Shown here piece by piece: positions 65,271 through 80,971 of a stretch of 248,000 nucleotides of DNA. A model generated the notes under the pieces. That model was not told the DNA's origin and ran no database searches. It saw only the letters and a program-made list of their open reading frames with translations. The stretch spans positions 43,420,001-43,668,000 of the forward strand of contig OX597822.1 in NCBI GenBank assembly GCA_951406725.2. The letters are read 5' to 3'. This DNA comes from Octopus vulgaris. Taxonomy: Eukaryota. Each line of letters opens with the position of its first letter. The stretch's first letter is position 1. The translations under genes and the position numbers were made by a program.

Positions 65271-65675
65271 ATGTAAAGTATAGAAGCCATCTTATCATGG
65301 CTAACCACATTGGGGAGGGGGTGTTACTGTAGCTTTATAGCCCCAAGAGATCTTCGTCTCTAGCTGGCTCTAGACACAATATCTGTGTCCTTGGAGTATT
65401 TGCAAAGGGAGGCCATCCCTTCCTCGCAAGCCTGAGTGATACGCTCGAACTAGTTTCGGGACTTTTGTTGACGAGGGACAAAAATCCCGAAACTAGTTCG
65501 AGCGTATCACTCAGGCTTGCGAGGAAGGGATGACCTCCCTTTGCAAATACTCCAAGGACACAGATATTGTGTCTAGAGCCAGCTAGAGACGAAGATCTCT
65601 TGGGGCTATAAAGCTACAGTAACACCCCCTCCCCAATGTGGTTAGCCATGATAAGATGGCTTCTACACTTTACAT
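65271..65675. repeat. Near-perfect ~190-bp-arm palindrome (PLE pseudo-LTR-like sequence)
   Basis: Arms differ by few bases, spacer ~18 bp; gttactgtagctttatagcccc motif related to the 170 kb and 245.8 kb units. Confidence 0.9.
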
Positions 65676-65799
65676 AGATATATACAGTTCTATATTTAAG
65701 AGATGAGGAATTATGTACGTTATTCATATTATTTACATTTTGACGGATTTTGTCCTCATCTTGTTTGTTGTTAGCAAAAAGATTCGGCTGATATACCCT

Positions 65800-66140
65800 C
65801 CAGCCTTCACCAGGTGTATATAGGGGATTTGGTGAAGCTTCGTTTTTGATGGGTTTTCAAATGAGATTTGAGCCCAGCAAAAGAATGGCGTGATCTGTCA
65901 CAGACTGTGCACACAAAATGTTCACTGAGATTCACCTTCTCGATCGCAACATTCTTCTTTAAATCTTCTTTGTGTCTTGCTTGTATCATCCTGGCCTCCT
66001 CAAATACTTTCTCTCCACTTCACATTTTTCTTCGCCATCCAACTCGACCCAAAGCAAGGGTTTCTATGGCATTTGAATCAATTCCAAGTGACTTCATAGT
66101 AGTCCTTTTGCCATCCTTAAATATCTTTTTAGGTTTGCAC
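65800..66140 (-). mobile_element. RTE-clade LINE 3' end
   Basis: MKSLGIDSNAIETLALGRVGWRR...FVCTVCDRSRHSFAGLKSH; shorter copy at 61330-61420. Confidence 0.75.
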
Positions 66141-66992
66141 CGATTGCGTTTATACATACATAATACATACATACATACATATATACATACATACATACAG
66201 CCATCACTGGAACTGTAAAAATCGGTAAGACCTTCCAGAAGTTTATCATTTATGTATATATGGACATGTTTAGAATGAAGTATACGCATGAGAATACATA
66301 CATAAAACAAAACATGAAAATTTACACATACATATACATACATACATACATGCATGCATACATACATACATACATACATACAAATATACCCTGTTGAAAT
66401 TGAAATTCCAACGAAAGAGTTTTGGATCTAGGTTATCATTCTCTACTGTCAAGAAATCTTGAAATAAAACTAAATAATGTCATATATACTTATAAGTATA
66501 TAAAATTGTGAACCAGGGAAATGAGGGCAGGAAATGAGTGACAGGTATAATAAAATGCGAACAGTGTACTATAAGAAAGAATAACAGTTTATTGTAATCG
66601 ATAGTTATACACTTTTCCTCATCGAAGTTGCGAGGAAATTCGATAAGCTCATAGTTTATATATAGGTGACATCTGGCTACTGGAGCCACTATACATGATA
66701 ATAAAAATCCAAGTTTAGAGCGTGGAACAGGTAACATGCAAGCTAGCTCAACACTTTACGTATTAATTATGCAATAAGCAATGTTTAAATTAGCTAATCA
66801 TCAGGCTGATTTACCTCAATGAAATGAAGTTTACATTGTCGCTCGGAATTTCTAAGTCAACTCCACCGCTGTGGTGCGTTGAGTGATTAGACTTCGGCTA
66901 TGCTGGGACACTGTTCTGAAGAGTTTAGCCTAAAAAAATCGACTATTTATATTTTGTTTCAAACCTAGCACTTGTAAAGCAGTGGTGGATAA

Positions 66993-67082
<90 letters not shown>

Positions 67083-67093
67083 ACACCCACACA

Positions 67094-67129
<36 letters not shown>

Positions 67130-67333
67130 CGCTTCTTTCAGTTTCTGGCCACCAAAATCATTCAAAAGGCATTCAATCTGTCCAGGGTTATAGTAGAAGA
67201 CACATGCCCAAATTGTCGCACAGTGGAATTGAACTCAAAGCAAATATGGTTGGAAAGCAGTAAAGCATGGTTGCACCTATACAGCCCCATCTACATTACA
67301 TATTCCCCTATATTTATTTGCATATATAATAAT

Positions 67334-67404
<71 letters not shown>

Positions 67405-67415
67405 TAGTAATAATG

Positions 67416-67448
<33 letters not shown>

Positions 67449-67923
67449 GTCTTGGTATAAAAGATGGGCTACAGCAAATATTCTGCTCAATACCACAGAT
67501 TTGCTTGTCAGTTGTTTGACCTTAACCAGTTTAGCATGGCCCTCAGTGGCTGACGATATGTGCATCTCTGATCACGAACAGAAGTAGTGGGGGAGCATCA
67601 TAGCCATGTGTTGAGAGGGATTCTTTGGGGTTTGAATAATTCACCTCTGGAAACATGGGTGATTCTTTCAACATCCTTAAACAACCCTTATTCAGGGACC
67701 GTTTGAGCGGGATGGGCTACTCAACCTGAAGAAAATTCTAACTGGGCCCCACCTGCAAGGTCATGTGTTGTTTATCTTGATATGAGATCACCATGTCACG
67801 CACATATGGTTGTGATTCATGTGCCTGGTGTACCTTCATCAGACGGGTAGTCATGATGGGTATATTGGGCTTCGTATATTTTACCCCAGTGTCACTTTGA
67901 TGGCATGAACTGCTCTCTCACTC
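67449..67923 (+). mobile_element. ~555-bp element, 5'-truncated
   Basis: Same 3' end ctgctctctcactc(aat)n; 5' junction also in (AAT)n. Confidence 0.85.
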
Positions 67924-67959
<36 letters not shown>

Positions 67960-67966
67960 TATAATT

Positions 67967-67997
<31 letters not shown>

Positions 67998-68267
67998 TAA
68001 TAATAACAATAACAATAATAATAATGATAATAATAATAACAATAATAATAACTATAATAATAATAATAACAACAACAACAACAACAACAACAATAATAAT
68101 AATAATAACAATAATAATAATAATAATGATAATAATAATAATAATAATAATAGGGAGTATAACTCCAAACTTACAAATTAATATATGATTTTAATCGTTT
68201 GAATTACATAATAGTGGTTTTTCTCTAATTTTTATATATTATATATACATATATATATGTATGAATG

Positions 68268-68320
<53 letters not shown>

Positions 68321-68321
68321 A

Positions 68322-68369
<48 letters not shown>

Positions 68370-69011
68370 CGGAGCAATGAGTGACTGATGACGATTAATC
68401 AAATCTGAAATCATCGATAATATGACTCTATCTCTTCTCTTCCTTGTCAGTCGTTAGAAAAGCGCTCTCATGCGGCTAAGAGTTGTTTTGACTCTGATTT
68501 CTAGCAATACTGGTGCTGCTTAGCACTCTTGATCGCTTTAGTGACGACTGTTATTTTGCTTTTCAGTTATATACATGCATATATATATATATATATATAT
68601 ATGTATACACACATACATACTGTTGTAGGTATAACATATTCTTTGTCTATCTCCTTAACTTCTTGGAGATTTTAGGTATAATTATACTAATGTGTCCATC
68701 TGTTCTAATTTAATTAAATTCTATGTCTATGTGCAGCTGAAGATTGCTCTACATTTTAAATTGGTGCAATGATTTCATTGTTCAATTAAATGGAGTTGCA
68801 TGAAACGATCTTACTGCAATAACTCTCGATATCCTTGTTGCTTATTTTGATTTTAATCACCTTATTTTGAATTTGTATGGATAATACTGTACTAAATTCT
68901 GGAGCTTCAACTTAAGTACCATATTCATATGAATCTAAATTTTTGCTGAACTAATCTCCATAGATAGATAGATAGATAGATTGATATATTCATATATATA
69001 TGCATACATAC

Positions 69012-69061
<50 letters not shown>

Positions 69062-70852
69062 GGGTACTTATATAGATGTATGTATATATGTAAATAACGT
69101 TTTACGTAATAATTCCCAGTTGAGAGATCACAACTGTTGACAAAACTTATTATGCACAGATACTGACTTACACATACTCATACACATACATACATACACA
69201 CACACGAACACACACTTGCATAAATGCATAATAACACACACTGTCATACACAATTACACAGGCACACAGAGACATAAACACACGTAAGAGGATAAGTGTG
69301 AGCTTCATTTAATTACTTAAATTAAACGCATTAATGAAGCACGGAAGCCATCGCAGATTTAAAAGAAAAATATCTCAATACTCCATTCACAAAGTGTAAT
69401 AAAATTGATAAACTAAATAAATCAACTTCTCTTTTAAATGTCTTTTTGCTACTAAATCTTTCGGTTGCCTTTCTGGATTGAAAGATATTATTAATGGCTG
69501 GTACATCCGTGAAAATGTTTTGTATCGTTAACTTTGGTAATGTTTTAAAAAGCTGACTTTAATGTTTAACCTCCTCCATAATTCTCTCTCATAATTTGTT
69601 ACGTTGAAATATATATTATCCTATAAATTTTGTCAATGGTCTTAAACATGAAATTAGCAGATTCCATACGACACATTTGGTGATAATATTTTATCCTGCA
69701 CCCCAGTAGCGCTAAAACAATTTCATTGTTGTTGAAATTAGAGTGATCTGGGAAAGACTCAGTATTTGTCACTAGCAAAAGCATACCATGTATAAGGACT
69801 TGCCTGATGAAGCAAGCGACCCCGTTCTCTATGGAAGGGGAGTGCTGCGGCTTTCCAGCTAGACTGGTGCGCAGTCTGTTGCAGAATTTTGACCTGGTGC
69901 CTTGAAAACTCGAAGAAAGCCACTAAAGAGGTAAGCATGGCAGTTGAAACCAGCTGAAGGTGACTATGGTTGACAAAAAAACTGCAGTTCAAACCCTTCC
70001 ACTGGCGAAGACTAATTCAGTTTGCTCTGCCCCACTCAGACGAAATATACAGGTTAAGGGGCGAAATGTTTGTGAAACCTGAGAAACCTACTGATGACAG
70101 GGAAGAAGTTCAAACGTTACGATGGATTCAGAAGAAGAGCTTGCAATACTTTCCAACAGCTCAGGCAGTTGAGAAGTATCATGCATGGGGTAAAGTAATG
70201 CATAACCGATTTCTCGTTCACCTTTCATGAATTCTCTTAATACAATCTCACAGAAACCTAGAATCGATTCCATACGCCCCATATCGTGTTCATACGTAAT
70301 TTTGTGCAAAATTAAATCATACCTTGCAGCAGAATCATTGCATATTTGCATTATCCAGTAGCTGATAAAATATATGAGAATGAGTTTGGTCGAGATAAGT
70401 AAAGATTAAAGTGTGGTGGTTTATCTTTTGATTCTCTCCATTATATTTTCCGCCATACACGATTTCACATGATTTTGTATATTCATATATACACCCATAT
70501 AATTATTAACCATTGTCAGGATGTTTCATATATACGCAATGTCTAGGGGAACATATATGCTATCTATGTGGCAATAATATTTCATTAGACTTGTACGAAA
70601 CAGTGGCTGAAATTAGAAAACTTCACATGCTTTTACATTTACTAAATGATTTTATTTCATGCATGTATATAGAATTCATTATTTTGTTTTCCCTGTTCTA
70701 CTCATCGAGCTGGATCTTTATTCACCATAATATCCGCATGACCAGTTCTACAAATTATTGCTCTTCGTTTATTATTTTCAAATACTTATTAATCTGTTTT
70801 ACAGTAACACGTATTTGTTTTTTTAACATAGTTAGTAATTTTTACTGTGTAA

Positions 70853-71249
70853 TCTTTATATATAAAAGTGAAGTTGTGTGTCTGTCTCCTACGATTTGGA
70901 TTCCTAACTACTCCCACATTTTGCGGTGCAGTTTAACCAAAACCGGGTATCTCATAGTCGTGATTCATATCGGGCCCTTCTGGGTATTAGCGCGCGTCTA
71001 CAATGAGTCTACGATTAAAAAAAAATTACCATCATTTTTTTTCCATTTTAATGCATTTTTTCGCTATTATATAAGGGAGGTAACTCTCTAAAAATGTCTA
71101 CGATGAGTCAACGATTAAAAGAAAAATTACCATAATTTTTCTTCCCATTTTTAATGCATTTGTTTGCTATTTTTTGGCTATAACTCTCTAAAAATGCTTA
71201 TATAGTTATTTCCCTTACAAACCCGAGCAACGCCGGGCGATACTGCTAG
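70853..71249 (+). mobile_element. Helitron family A
   Basis: TCTTTATATATAAAAGTG ... CCCGAGCAACGCCGGGCGATACTGCTAG. Confidence 0.85.
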
Positions 71250-71497
71250 CATATATTACAACAATATACTGAAATATATGTATATACATACCTACGTACA
71301 CACGAGCATGTATTTGTGTCTCGGTCTATGTATGTGTGCGTGTATATGTACCATGGGATATATATATGTGTGTACGGTGTGTGTAAGTATCGTATACACA
71401 TAGAATATATTTAGGGACATGTAAATGTACACACACATAACGTACACACACATATGTATAAATATCCTCGAATCCACCTGGCAAGCATTAAGAAGAT

Positions 71498-71534
<37 letters not shown>

Positions 71535-71599
71535 AAAAAGAAGTTTGAAAACACGACTATATAAGATAAATTTTAATTTTCTTAGAAATTTTACATGTT

Positions 71600-71990
71600 G
71601 CCGACTTTCTTAGAAATGGCAGTCTTTCTTCGTTATAATCTATCTTGAATTGAATATTTTCATTAATTCCATTTAGTAGTATTTTAAATTCCTCAGGTTT
71701 TTCTATACTTTCATCCCAGAGGATGAAGCAGTCGTCGAGATATATTTTCCAGTTGTTCTGGATATAGGCGGAGAAATTGTTTTCATATTTTCGAGTGTTT
71801 TCTGTTAGAGTATTATTTCGAGGTATCCAATTACTAGGTTGGCAAAAGAAGGCACAGTACGCGTACCCATCGCTGTTCCCGATCTTTATCTATAATAATC
71901 ATTATTAAAAATAAAGTAATTGTTGTCTAAAATAGAACTTAGTCCTTCTATTATGAGTTCTTTATTTATGCGAGTTGGATACACACACAC
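71600..71990 (-). mobile_element. Penelope-like RT remnant
   Basis: ILDNNYFIFN, SGTAMGTRTVPSFANLVIGYLE and YLDDCFILW motifs. Confidence 0.8.
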
Positions 71991-72639
71991 ACACATACAT
72001 ATATATATAGATAGATATAGATATAGATATGGATATATATATAATACAGACAGATAGATAGATAGATAGATAGTTAGATAACAGGCAGGAAGATAGACGA
72101 TTCTATGCATGTTTATAAATATATATCGGTGTTCGGCCAAGCATTAGCTTTCTTTCTTGGTTCGACTGCTGGCCACTAAGCATCTCTTATATTCCTCTCT
72201 CATGACTTTCATCTCTTATGTTCATCTCCTATGTTCCTGTCTAAAGGCTTTCACTCTACCCACGTAAACTCATCTTGATTCGTCTTTATTGGTCGAAAGA
72301 CACCTGATATCATTTTCCTGTTATTTTCGTTTTTTTTTGTTGTTTACATTTGCTGGCTTTCTCCCAAGATATTTAATGTTCTTACCTTAGATTTTTGGGT
72401 CCAGCCAGATTTGTACAATCTGATGTGTAACCAGCCAAATCTGTGAGCATGATCTGGATACTTAACTGAGGAGGAACGGCTGCGACTGAACGTCTTTGTT
72501 TTATTTCTGTCCGTCTTTTAAATCCATTTTCTGGATTTATACATATGTGTGTGCGTGTGTGTGAGTGTGCATGTGTGTATGTGTGTATGTGTGCATGTAC
72601 ATGTGTGTGTGCCTCTGTGTGTTTGTGGTGTGTGTGCGC

Positions 72640-72684
<45 letters not shown>

Positions 72685-72967
72685 TGTGTCTGTGTATGTA
72701 CATCGTACTTTTTCATTTTTCGTTTTGTTTTTGAACCTCCCAGCTTCTCCAAATGCTCCATTCTCAACTTTTCACTTTTCTTCTCTCATTCAATTTTTAG
72801 TTCGTTATATGTGGTTTTTTGCCTGATGAATATGTTTGAGGTATTTCTCAACATAGGAAACTGTTAGTAGCGCATAAATACATGTATTGTAACCATTGAA
72901 TAATATTTATCTCCCACTAATTAGAGTAGTTTTTGGTAATCCTATCATCACGGAACAGCACATTATA

Positions 72968-73003
<36 letters not shown>

Positions 73004-73078
73004 TGTATGTATGTATGTATGTATGTATAGATGCATATGTGTATGTGCATGTATATATGTATATGTATAGACAGCCAC

Positions 73079-73109
<31 letters not shown>

Positions 73110-73189
73110 AATATTAGGGAATAAATCCAAATTTACAGGGAAAAATTAGATTTAGGATTGAATCCAATTTTATAGTAAAATATTATATT

Positions 73190-73575
73190 ATATTAAATTA
73201 GAGACAAAACCACTATTATGCAAATTAAACAAAGAAAGACTTAAAACAATACATAAATTAATTTATATAAATTTAGAAATTTAACAATTATAAATAACCA
73301 CTACGATTGTTTCATGTCTTATTTCAGCACATCTTTGAGACATTCTTCAGGTGGTTTCAAAACCTTCTTGGTTCATAGTTTAAAACTCGCCAAGAAGGTT
73401 TTGAAACCACCTGAAGAATGTCTCAAAGATGTGCTGAAATAAGACATGAAACGATCGTAGTGGTTATTTATAATTGTTAATTTTCTAAATTTATATAAAT
73501 TAATTTATGTATTGTTTTAAGTCTTTCTTTGTTTGATTTGCATAATAGTGGTTTTGTCTCTAATTTAATATAATA
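73190..73575. repeat. ~180-bp-arm palindrome with one hammerhead per arm
   Basis: Arms about 73193-73370 and 73390-73575; (TA)n flanks. Confidence 0.9.
73407..73463 (+). ncRNA. Type I hammerhead ribozyme (canonical core)
   Basis: ccac-CTGAAGA-atgtct...agacat-GAAAC-gatc-GTA-gtgg; all three stems pair; mirror copy at 73298-73354 (-). Confidence 0.85.
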
Positions 73576-74424
73576 TATATATATATATATAATATCAAAG
73601 GGTATTCTGAAATATTAGAAATTTCCATTACCCGTGGCCTAGCGTGTAAAAATTTAGTCAATAGATTATATATTATTCATATAAATAGAGTTTAAAGTGG
73701 TTTGGAATTTAGCTGTTCTCTCTAGCGTGCAGGTTGTCTTATGGGGGATACTTCTTATGTCTTTAAATGTACACACACGCACGCACAGATATGTGTGTGT
73801 GTGTGTGTGTGTGCATATATTTATGTGCGTATGTCTACGTTTGTCCCCCACCGTTGCTTGACAATGGATGTTAGTGTGTTTCCGTCTCCGCAACGTAGCG
73901 GCTCAGCAAAAGACACCGATAGAATTAGTACAAGGCTTACAAAGAACAAGTCCTGGCGTTGATTTCTTCGACTAAAACCGTTTAAGTCGGTGCTGCAGGA
74001 TGGTAACAGACACATATCTGAATCATGTAAAAGAATATACATGTATATGTGTGGAGGTGCAATAGCCATTGGTTAGGGCAGAGGACACGCGGTTTCGATT
74101 CCCAGTCCGGGCGTTGTGGGTGTTTATGAAGCGAAAATACCTGAAACTCCACGAGGCTCCGGCAGGGGGTGGGGTGGCAAACCTTGCTGTACTCTTTCAC
74201 CACAATTTCCTCTCACTCTTTCTTCCTGTTTCTGTTGTACCTGTATTTCAGAGGGCCAGCCTTGTCACACTCTGTGTCACGCTGAATCTCCCCGAGAACT
74301 ACGTTAAGGGTACACGTGTCTGTGGAGTGCTCACCATGTTAATTTCACGAGCAGGCTCTTCCGCTGATTGGATCAACTGGAACCCTCGTCGTCGTAACCG
74401 ACGGAGTGTTACGATCTGATATGT

Positions 74425-74508
<84 letters not shown>

Positions 74509-74593
74509 CATACATACGTATATATATATACATATATATATATACATATATACATATACATATATGTGTATATATATATATATATATATACAT

Positions 74594-74631
<38 letters not shown>

Positions 74632-75107
74632 GCATACATGCTTCCATATTTACGCACACACATGGAAACATGTATCTTCTTTCCTGCCTGCTAGCCATCC
74701 ATCCATCCATCCATCCATTCATCCATCCATCCATCTCTCTCTCTATCTCTATCTTTCTCTCTTTCTCTTTATCTATCTATCTATCTGCATTACACACGGA
74801 TGTATATATGATTGTGTCTACGCACAGGTCGGCAATTGTTGTGAGGTCATCAATAATTCCTAAAACACATATCCAGCTGGCAAGCATTGAAAAAGATAAC
74901 AATACCTAAAGGTGAACAGCTTGCGATGTTTTCCAATATCAACCACAGCTTCGTATGAGACTAATGAAATACTAATGTCGCTCGAACAGAGTGTATTTTG
75001 CAGCGGACATTGTGTATATTACAAAAGCCTGACAATAACAAATAGTTTTATGTTCGTATTTATGAATATACAATGCATGCATATACACACACTTACTGAC
75101 ACACAGG

Positions 75108-75150
<43 letters not shown>

Positions 75151-75229
75151 GCACACACACGCGCGCACACACACATAACACACACACTTGTAGGTTCCTG
75201 CCACTTACATGAATACAACTAAGTCTATC

Positions 75230-75660
75230 GTTGGGCTTCCTATAGGGTTTGTAAATATTCTTTTTTAAAAAGTTTCTGCCACCCCACCCCCCATAATATT
75301 TAAGAATTCACTTAAGAATATTAGTAGGCGAATTTCTAGGCTCTCCTCCGATATAAACATATTTAATAATTTTGCCCCAAAGCTCTTAAATATTGTAGAT
75401 TTAAAGAGGAAATAACTTATGCACCTGTTATTGGTCGAGAAATAAAGAAAAGAAAACAGGCATAGGAAAATGATCTGGTTTACACCTCCTTACTCCCTCG
75501 AAGTGACCTTTAATACAGGTAAATATTTCTCGTCACTTGTTGATAGACACTTTCCAATACATCAAAATTCGATTTAGTTAAACCAGAAATTTAAAAAATT
75601 TAATTGCACATAACACAAAAAAAAAACAACAACACGAAGCCGGCTGTACCTACTGGGATA
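75230..75660 (+). mobile_element. PLE remnant (WFxPPY-type linker region)
   Basis: RKMIWFTPPYSLEVTFNTGKYFSSLVDRHFP resembles the WFNPPF/Y...KHFP motif of GIY-YIG PLEs. Confidence 0.55.
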
Positions 75661-75715
75661 AAGACTTATACTTGCTGAATAGAGTTTGTGTGACTGAGGC
75701 CATTATTTATGTATG

Positions 75716-75831
<116 letters not shown>

Positions 75832-76876
75832 AGTGTGTGTGTGTGTACCAATGAAGAAATAAGTGATATAGATATCCACTTTATACAGTTCAGCCGAGTA
75901 GCACTCTGATTGAGTTTCAGGAATATAAAATTAGGGAGAGGAGAAAACAAATTCAACGGTCGATGTATGTATTCATTCAATTCATATTAACGAAATTCTC
76001 CATAGTATACAAGGTACATACATAGATGCATTCATCTATATGAAATATACAAAATTTCTAAGACTTTATAAATATATAAAAATCCATACACATATAAAAA
76101 CTATAAACACATAAAAATTCATAAATACAAATATATAAAAAGCCTAGGTCCGTAATTGTACTTGCGAAGTCCAAAGGAAGAAGGTCATAAAGCGGGTGTA
76201 AAATGATTCATAAGATACATACATGCATCTATGTATGTACCTTGTATACTATGGAGAATTTCGTTAATATGGATTGAATAAATGTATACATAGGCCTTTG
76301 AATTTGTTTTCTCCTACCCTTAATTATATATATATATGTACCTCTATAGATATGTACACATAGGTATATTCATGTATGCGGCGATTGTTAATATATATAT
76401 CTGTACGAGTGTGCATATATATATATATATATATGTTCATGTTTGTGTATGAGTATATTTATTTGTATAAATGTCTAATATATATGTAGGCATATATCTA
76501 TATGAGGTTGAAGTTGCATATACATATATACGTATGTGAGTGTGTATATATTTATACATATACATGCTTATACATGTATATGTATATGCGTGTGTGTAGA
76601 GAGAGATGTCTATATGAGCATGTAAATGGATGTATGGGCATATCTCTCTCTCTCTGTATATATATATATATATGTATATACACATGTCAGTGTGAGTGTG
76701 TACGTATGTAGATTTTACGAACGCAGAAGGAACCTATTTATTCTGAGATTGTGGTTGCGTGTAGTTTTTTATAATTCAAACATTTTTTAATATTTTATAT
76801 CTTTTATATTTTTCACGCCTATTAGAGTAACTTCCCCTTTATTCAACGGTTTTTTTTTCATAGCGTCTACCGTCAA

Positions 76877-76937
76877 AATAGCCGATGAAAATGTCTCGAA
76901 GCTCCTAGCTCCGGCATTTGAAACTCTGAGTTCTGTT
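76877..76937 (+). ncRNA. Type I hammerhead, U4C core variant
   Basis: aatag-CCGATGA-aaatgtc...ggcattt-GAAAC-tctga-GTT-ctgtt; diverged homologue at 88065-88130. Confidence 0.7.
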
Positions 76938-77025
76938 ATGACAACTTACTGATTGTCCTATACTATACTAAACAATACGATGCTATACTATACTATATTA
77001 TACTATACTATACTATACTACACTA

Positions 77026-77067
<42 letters not shown>

Positions 77068-77113
77068 TCCTCTATTATTTACATAATATCGAGGTCTCAT
77101 TTTTTTGTTGTCA

Positions 77114-77200
<87 letters not shown>

Positions 77201-78877
77201 CATGTGTGTGTGTGTGCGATATGAGATCTTTAAGCTTTTACTTATTTGAATCATTGGATAAGAGAGTTGCTGGGAATCACGTTGAAGGGTTAATCGAAGA
77301 AAGCGACCTCAGTTCTTATTTTTGAAATCTGGCATTTATTCTACCGGTATCTTTTGCTGAACCGTTATGTTACAGGATCCTAAAGGAACTAACACCGGAT
77401 GTCACGTGATGAAATAAACAAACACACACAGGCACCCCTTCCCACGCCTATACAACCCAGATTCCATTTACAAAATTCACTCACAAGGCACGGTTATGTC
77501 AAGGATTATAGTAGAAGACATTGGTTCAAGCTCTGACACATTGGGGGAATGAATCCAAATCTAAGTGGCTGCAAATTTGAAGAGCGAACTTAGGTAGGAG
77601 TGGTTATAAAACATGTTATACATAGAAAAATTAGATAGATATCTAAATTGGACATGAAGATATGAAAACGTTAAAAAAAAAACGAAAAGAAAAGAAAACG
77701 AAATCGAAAAATGCAAATAATTCTGAGTGAGGTCAGTGAAGTGAAAACTATAATTTAAAAGTTTTAAAGGCCCTCTGCAGAAACTCTATGTCGATTCTAT
77801 AGCATGATTTAAGCGAAACTATTTAAAGTCAAAAGTGTTATAGAAAGATCGTATAATGATCCAATGGGAAGGTCGGGAAGTCTCAATGGTTCTAAGATAT
77901 TAACAAAGATCGTCAAATATATCCAAAATTATAATCATGATAAGAGTAAGAATTTACAGTAAATTGAAATAACTAAATTCATATTTGTTACTGGGGATGA
78001 AGCCTTGCAATAGAAAACGCCGTACACTATTTCAGGTTTTCATCAATGTTGTTCTCGCAAAACTAGGCCACATGGTTCAGTCCAAAATTCAGTATGCGAG
78101 AAGCAGTGCATCTGGGAAATCCTCAAATTTATATAGAGCTATTTTCCAGAGGTCATTAATAATATAAGGATATTGAATAGAAACATTCTGTAAGTTTGTT
78201 ATTCTTGTAAGAATTTCGTTTTGTTGGTTAACCAGCATAATGTGAAAACTGTCTCTGAAGCCAATAGAAATGAAAGACATGTAATTGTATAGACATCAAC
78301 AAATGTCTCATTAATGGCAACTGCATGGCAAAAGTAATACTATATAGGACTGAAGTCCCAGTTTATAATAGCCCGGTATCCAAAATTTTAGATGGGGCAA
78401 CAGAAAACCGTTTTAAGGCAATTATTTTACATGGAAAATAATTCATTTCAATAACCTATTTCTTTACTACCCATAAGGAGCTAAACACAGAGAGGACAAA
78501 CAAGAACAGACAAACGGATTAAGTCGATTATATCGATCCCAATGCGTAACTGGTACTTATTTAATCGACCCCGAAAGGATGAAGGGCAAAGTAGACGTCG
78601 GCGAAATTTGAACTCAGAACTAACCGACGCGTCAATCATAATCAGACGGGTATGTATTATCCAACATATTTCATAAATTTTGAAACGTCCGACCACCCCA
78701 AACTATCCAGTCAGCTTTAAATATATAGTCGATTATTTACCGAATAATTTATCCCTGCACCATTTATAAACGTTTATAAAAATTGACTGTAGTCAAATGA
78801 TCGGTTACGTGAAACTCAAACTAATAGATTTTTCAGCTGCAGGAAAAATACCGATGATTATGATGATGATAATGTTG

Positions 78878-78924
<47 letters not shown>

Positions 78925-79089
78925 AATAATAATAATGATAATAATAATTATAATTCACATACACATATATATGTGTATGTATATATGTATACATATATAT
79001 TTCACAAACTGTTAGTTTGTGGAATTTCTCAGCTTCAATAATATATGTATGTCTATATGCATGTATGTATGTATATATATATATGTATG

Positions 79090-79150
<61 letters not shown>

Positions 79151-79151
79151 G

Positions 79152-79212
<61 letters not shown>

Positions 79213-79219
79213 GTATATA

Positions 79220-79334
<115 letters not shown>

Positions 79335-80759
79335 CTGTGCGAGTACGTATAAAATATGTACGTATGTATATGGGGGTTCTATGTATATATACGTATATGC
79401 TCAACGGAATCAGTTGGGAAATTAACCTGATATTGCGTTATGAAAAATGCACCAAGGCAACATTGGAAAAAAATATCATGTTATATAAAGAAAACAAATA
79501 TGATAGTATTATTCCAAAAAACACTTAAAAATTATATGAATTAATGACCTAGACATTGTATAACACACGCAAATGGTTTGGAAAAAATATTATGGCCGCA
79601 TTAAATTCATACTTTAAAAAATATAAATGCAAAAAAAAAAATATATATATATATAAGGCAGTAATTCTTAATATTTTATCTAGGTGTTTAAGTAAGAAGT
79701 TACAGTTATAATATCGTGAACTGGAAGTTAAGGTGAATTAGTAAGACTAGACAGGAAAACATGAAATATAATGGCTACGTTTCGAATACATTATCTAAAA
79801 ATCTGACATAGAAATATATTTATCAAGAATACAAGGAGGGTGAGGTATTTTGTAAACAATCACAAAAACTTGAACAAATAAACAAGAACTATTTACTGTC
79901 TCCAGGGAAGTCAAGAAATGAGAAAAAAAGAGAAAAAAAATGAAGTCAGATGAAGTAACAGATATTTGTGAGTAAAAACGGTAAAACAACAACAGAAAAT
80001 ATCTTGCAAAAAACAAGAAATAAGAACTAAATTGAAATTGGCATTATGAAATATCAGACGGTGGTTAGAAAAGTCTAAAAGTTATCATATCGCAGCCAAT
80101 ATGTGACAAACGCAGAGCAGAGAGGTTTCAGAGAATGGCAAACTGAACACATTATAGAATATTAAGATTATCAGAGAGGAGGAGATTAACGTTAATCGCA
80201 CCAAACAATGCTGTCAAGGACCACCAGATAATCAAGACTTCCTTATATACGTGTCAAATGCAGGCCGTATGGTAAAAAAATGTTTCTAACGTAACAACGC
80301 CATCCTCAGTTCGGTTCCGCTGCACAACCTACGATTGTTAATGAGATTAAGTAAACCTGAACTGTGACGACCCTCGTATACACACATACACACACACACA
80401 CACACAGACACACACACACACACACACACACATACACACACGCACACGCACGCACACACACATGCATACACACACACAAACATACATACATAGATACATA
80501 CTGGCGTAGCAAGATACATACCAACACGTCTGAAGCAAAATATGGCTGAAATTGGGTTCTTGGGGGAGAATATGGAAATCCTTAATTCATGCTCTAAAAA
80601 TGATCACGATATGTAACAAAATAAAAATCTGCAAGACCTCCTTAAGATGTAATGGACAATGAACAAAACAAAATTCTTACCTTCACAACCTTGCTACCAA
80701 GTAGTTAGCCAACCAAAATTTAAAAAGAAAAAGTGTAAATCCATCCAACCATCCATCTA

Positions 80760-80971
80760 TACCTAGCTAGCTAGCTAGCTACCTACCTACGTACCTACGT
80801 ACCTACCTACCTACCTACATACCTACCTACCTACCTTCCTACCTACCTACCTACCTACCTACCTACCTACCTACCTACCTACCTACCTACCTACCTACCT
80901 ACCTACCTACCTACCTACATACTTACCTACCTACCTACCTACCTACCTACCTACCTACATACCTACTTACC

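Noticed and set aside
69760-70350. Overlapping 77-87 aa ORFs in GC-richer sequence
   Set aside because: No recognisable domain or convincing splice signals.
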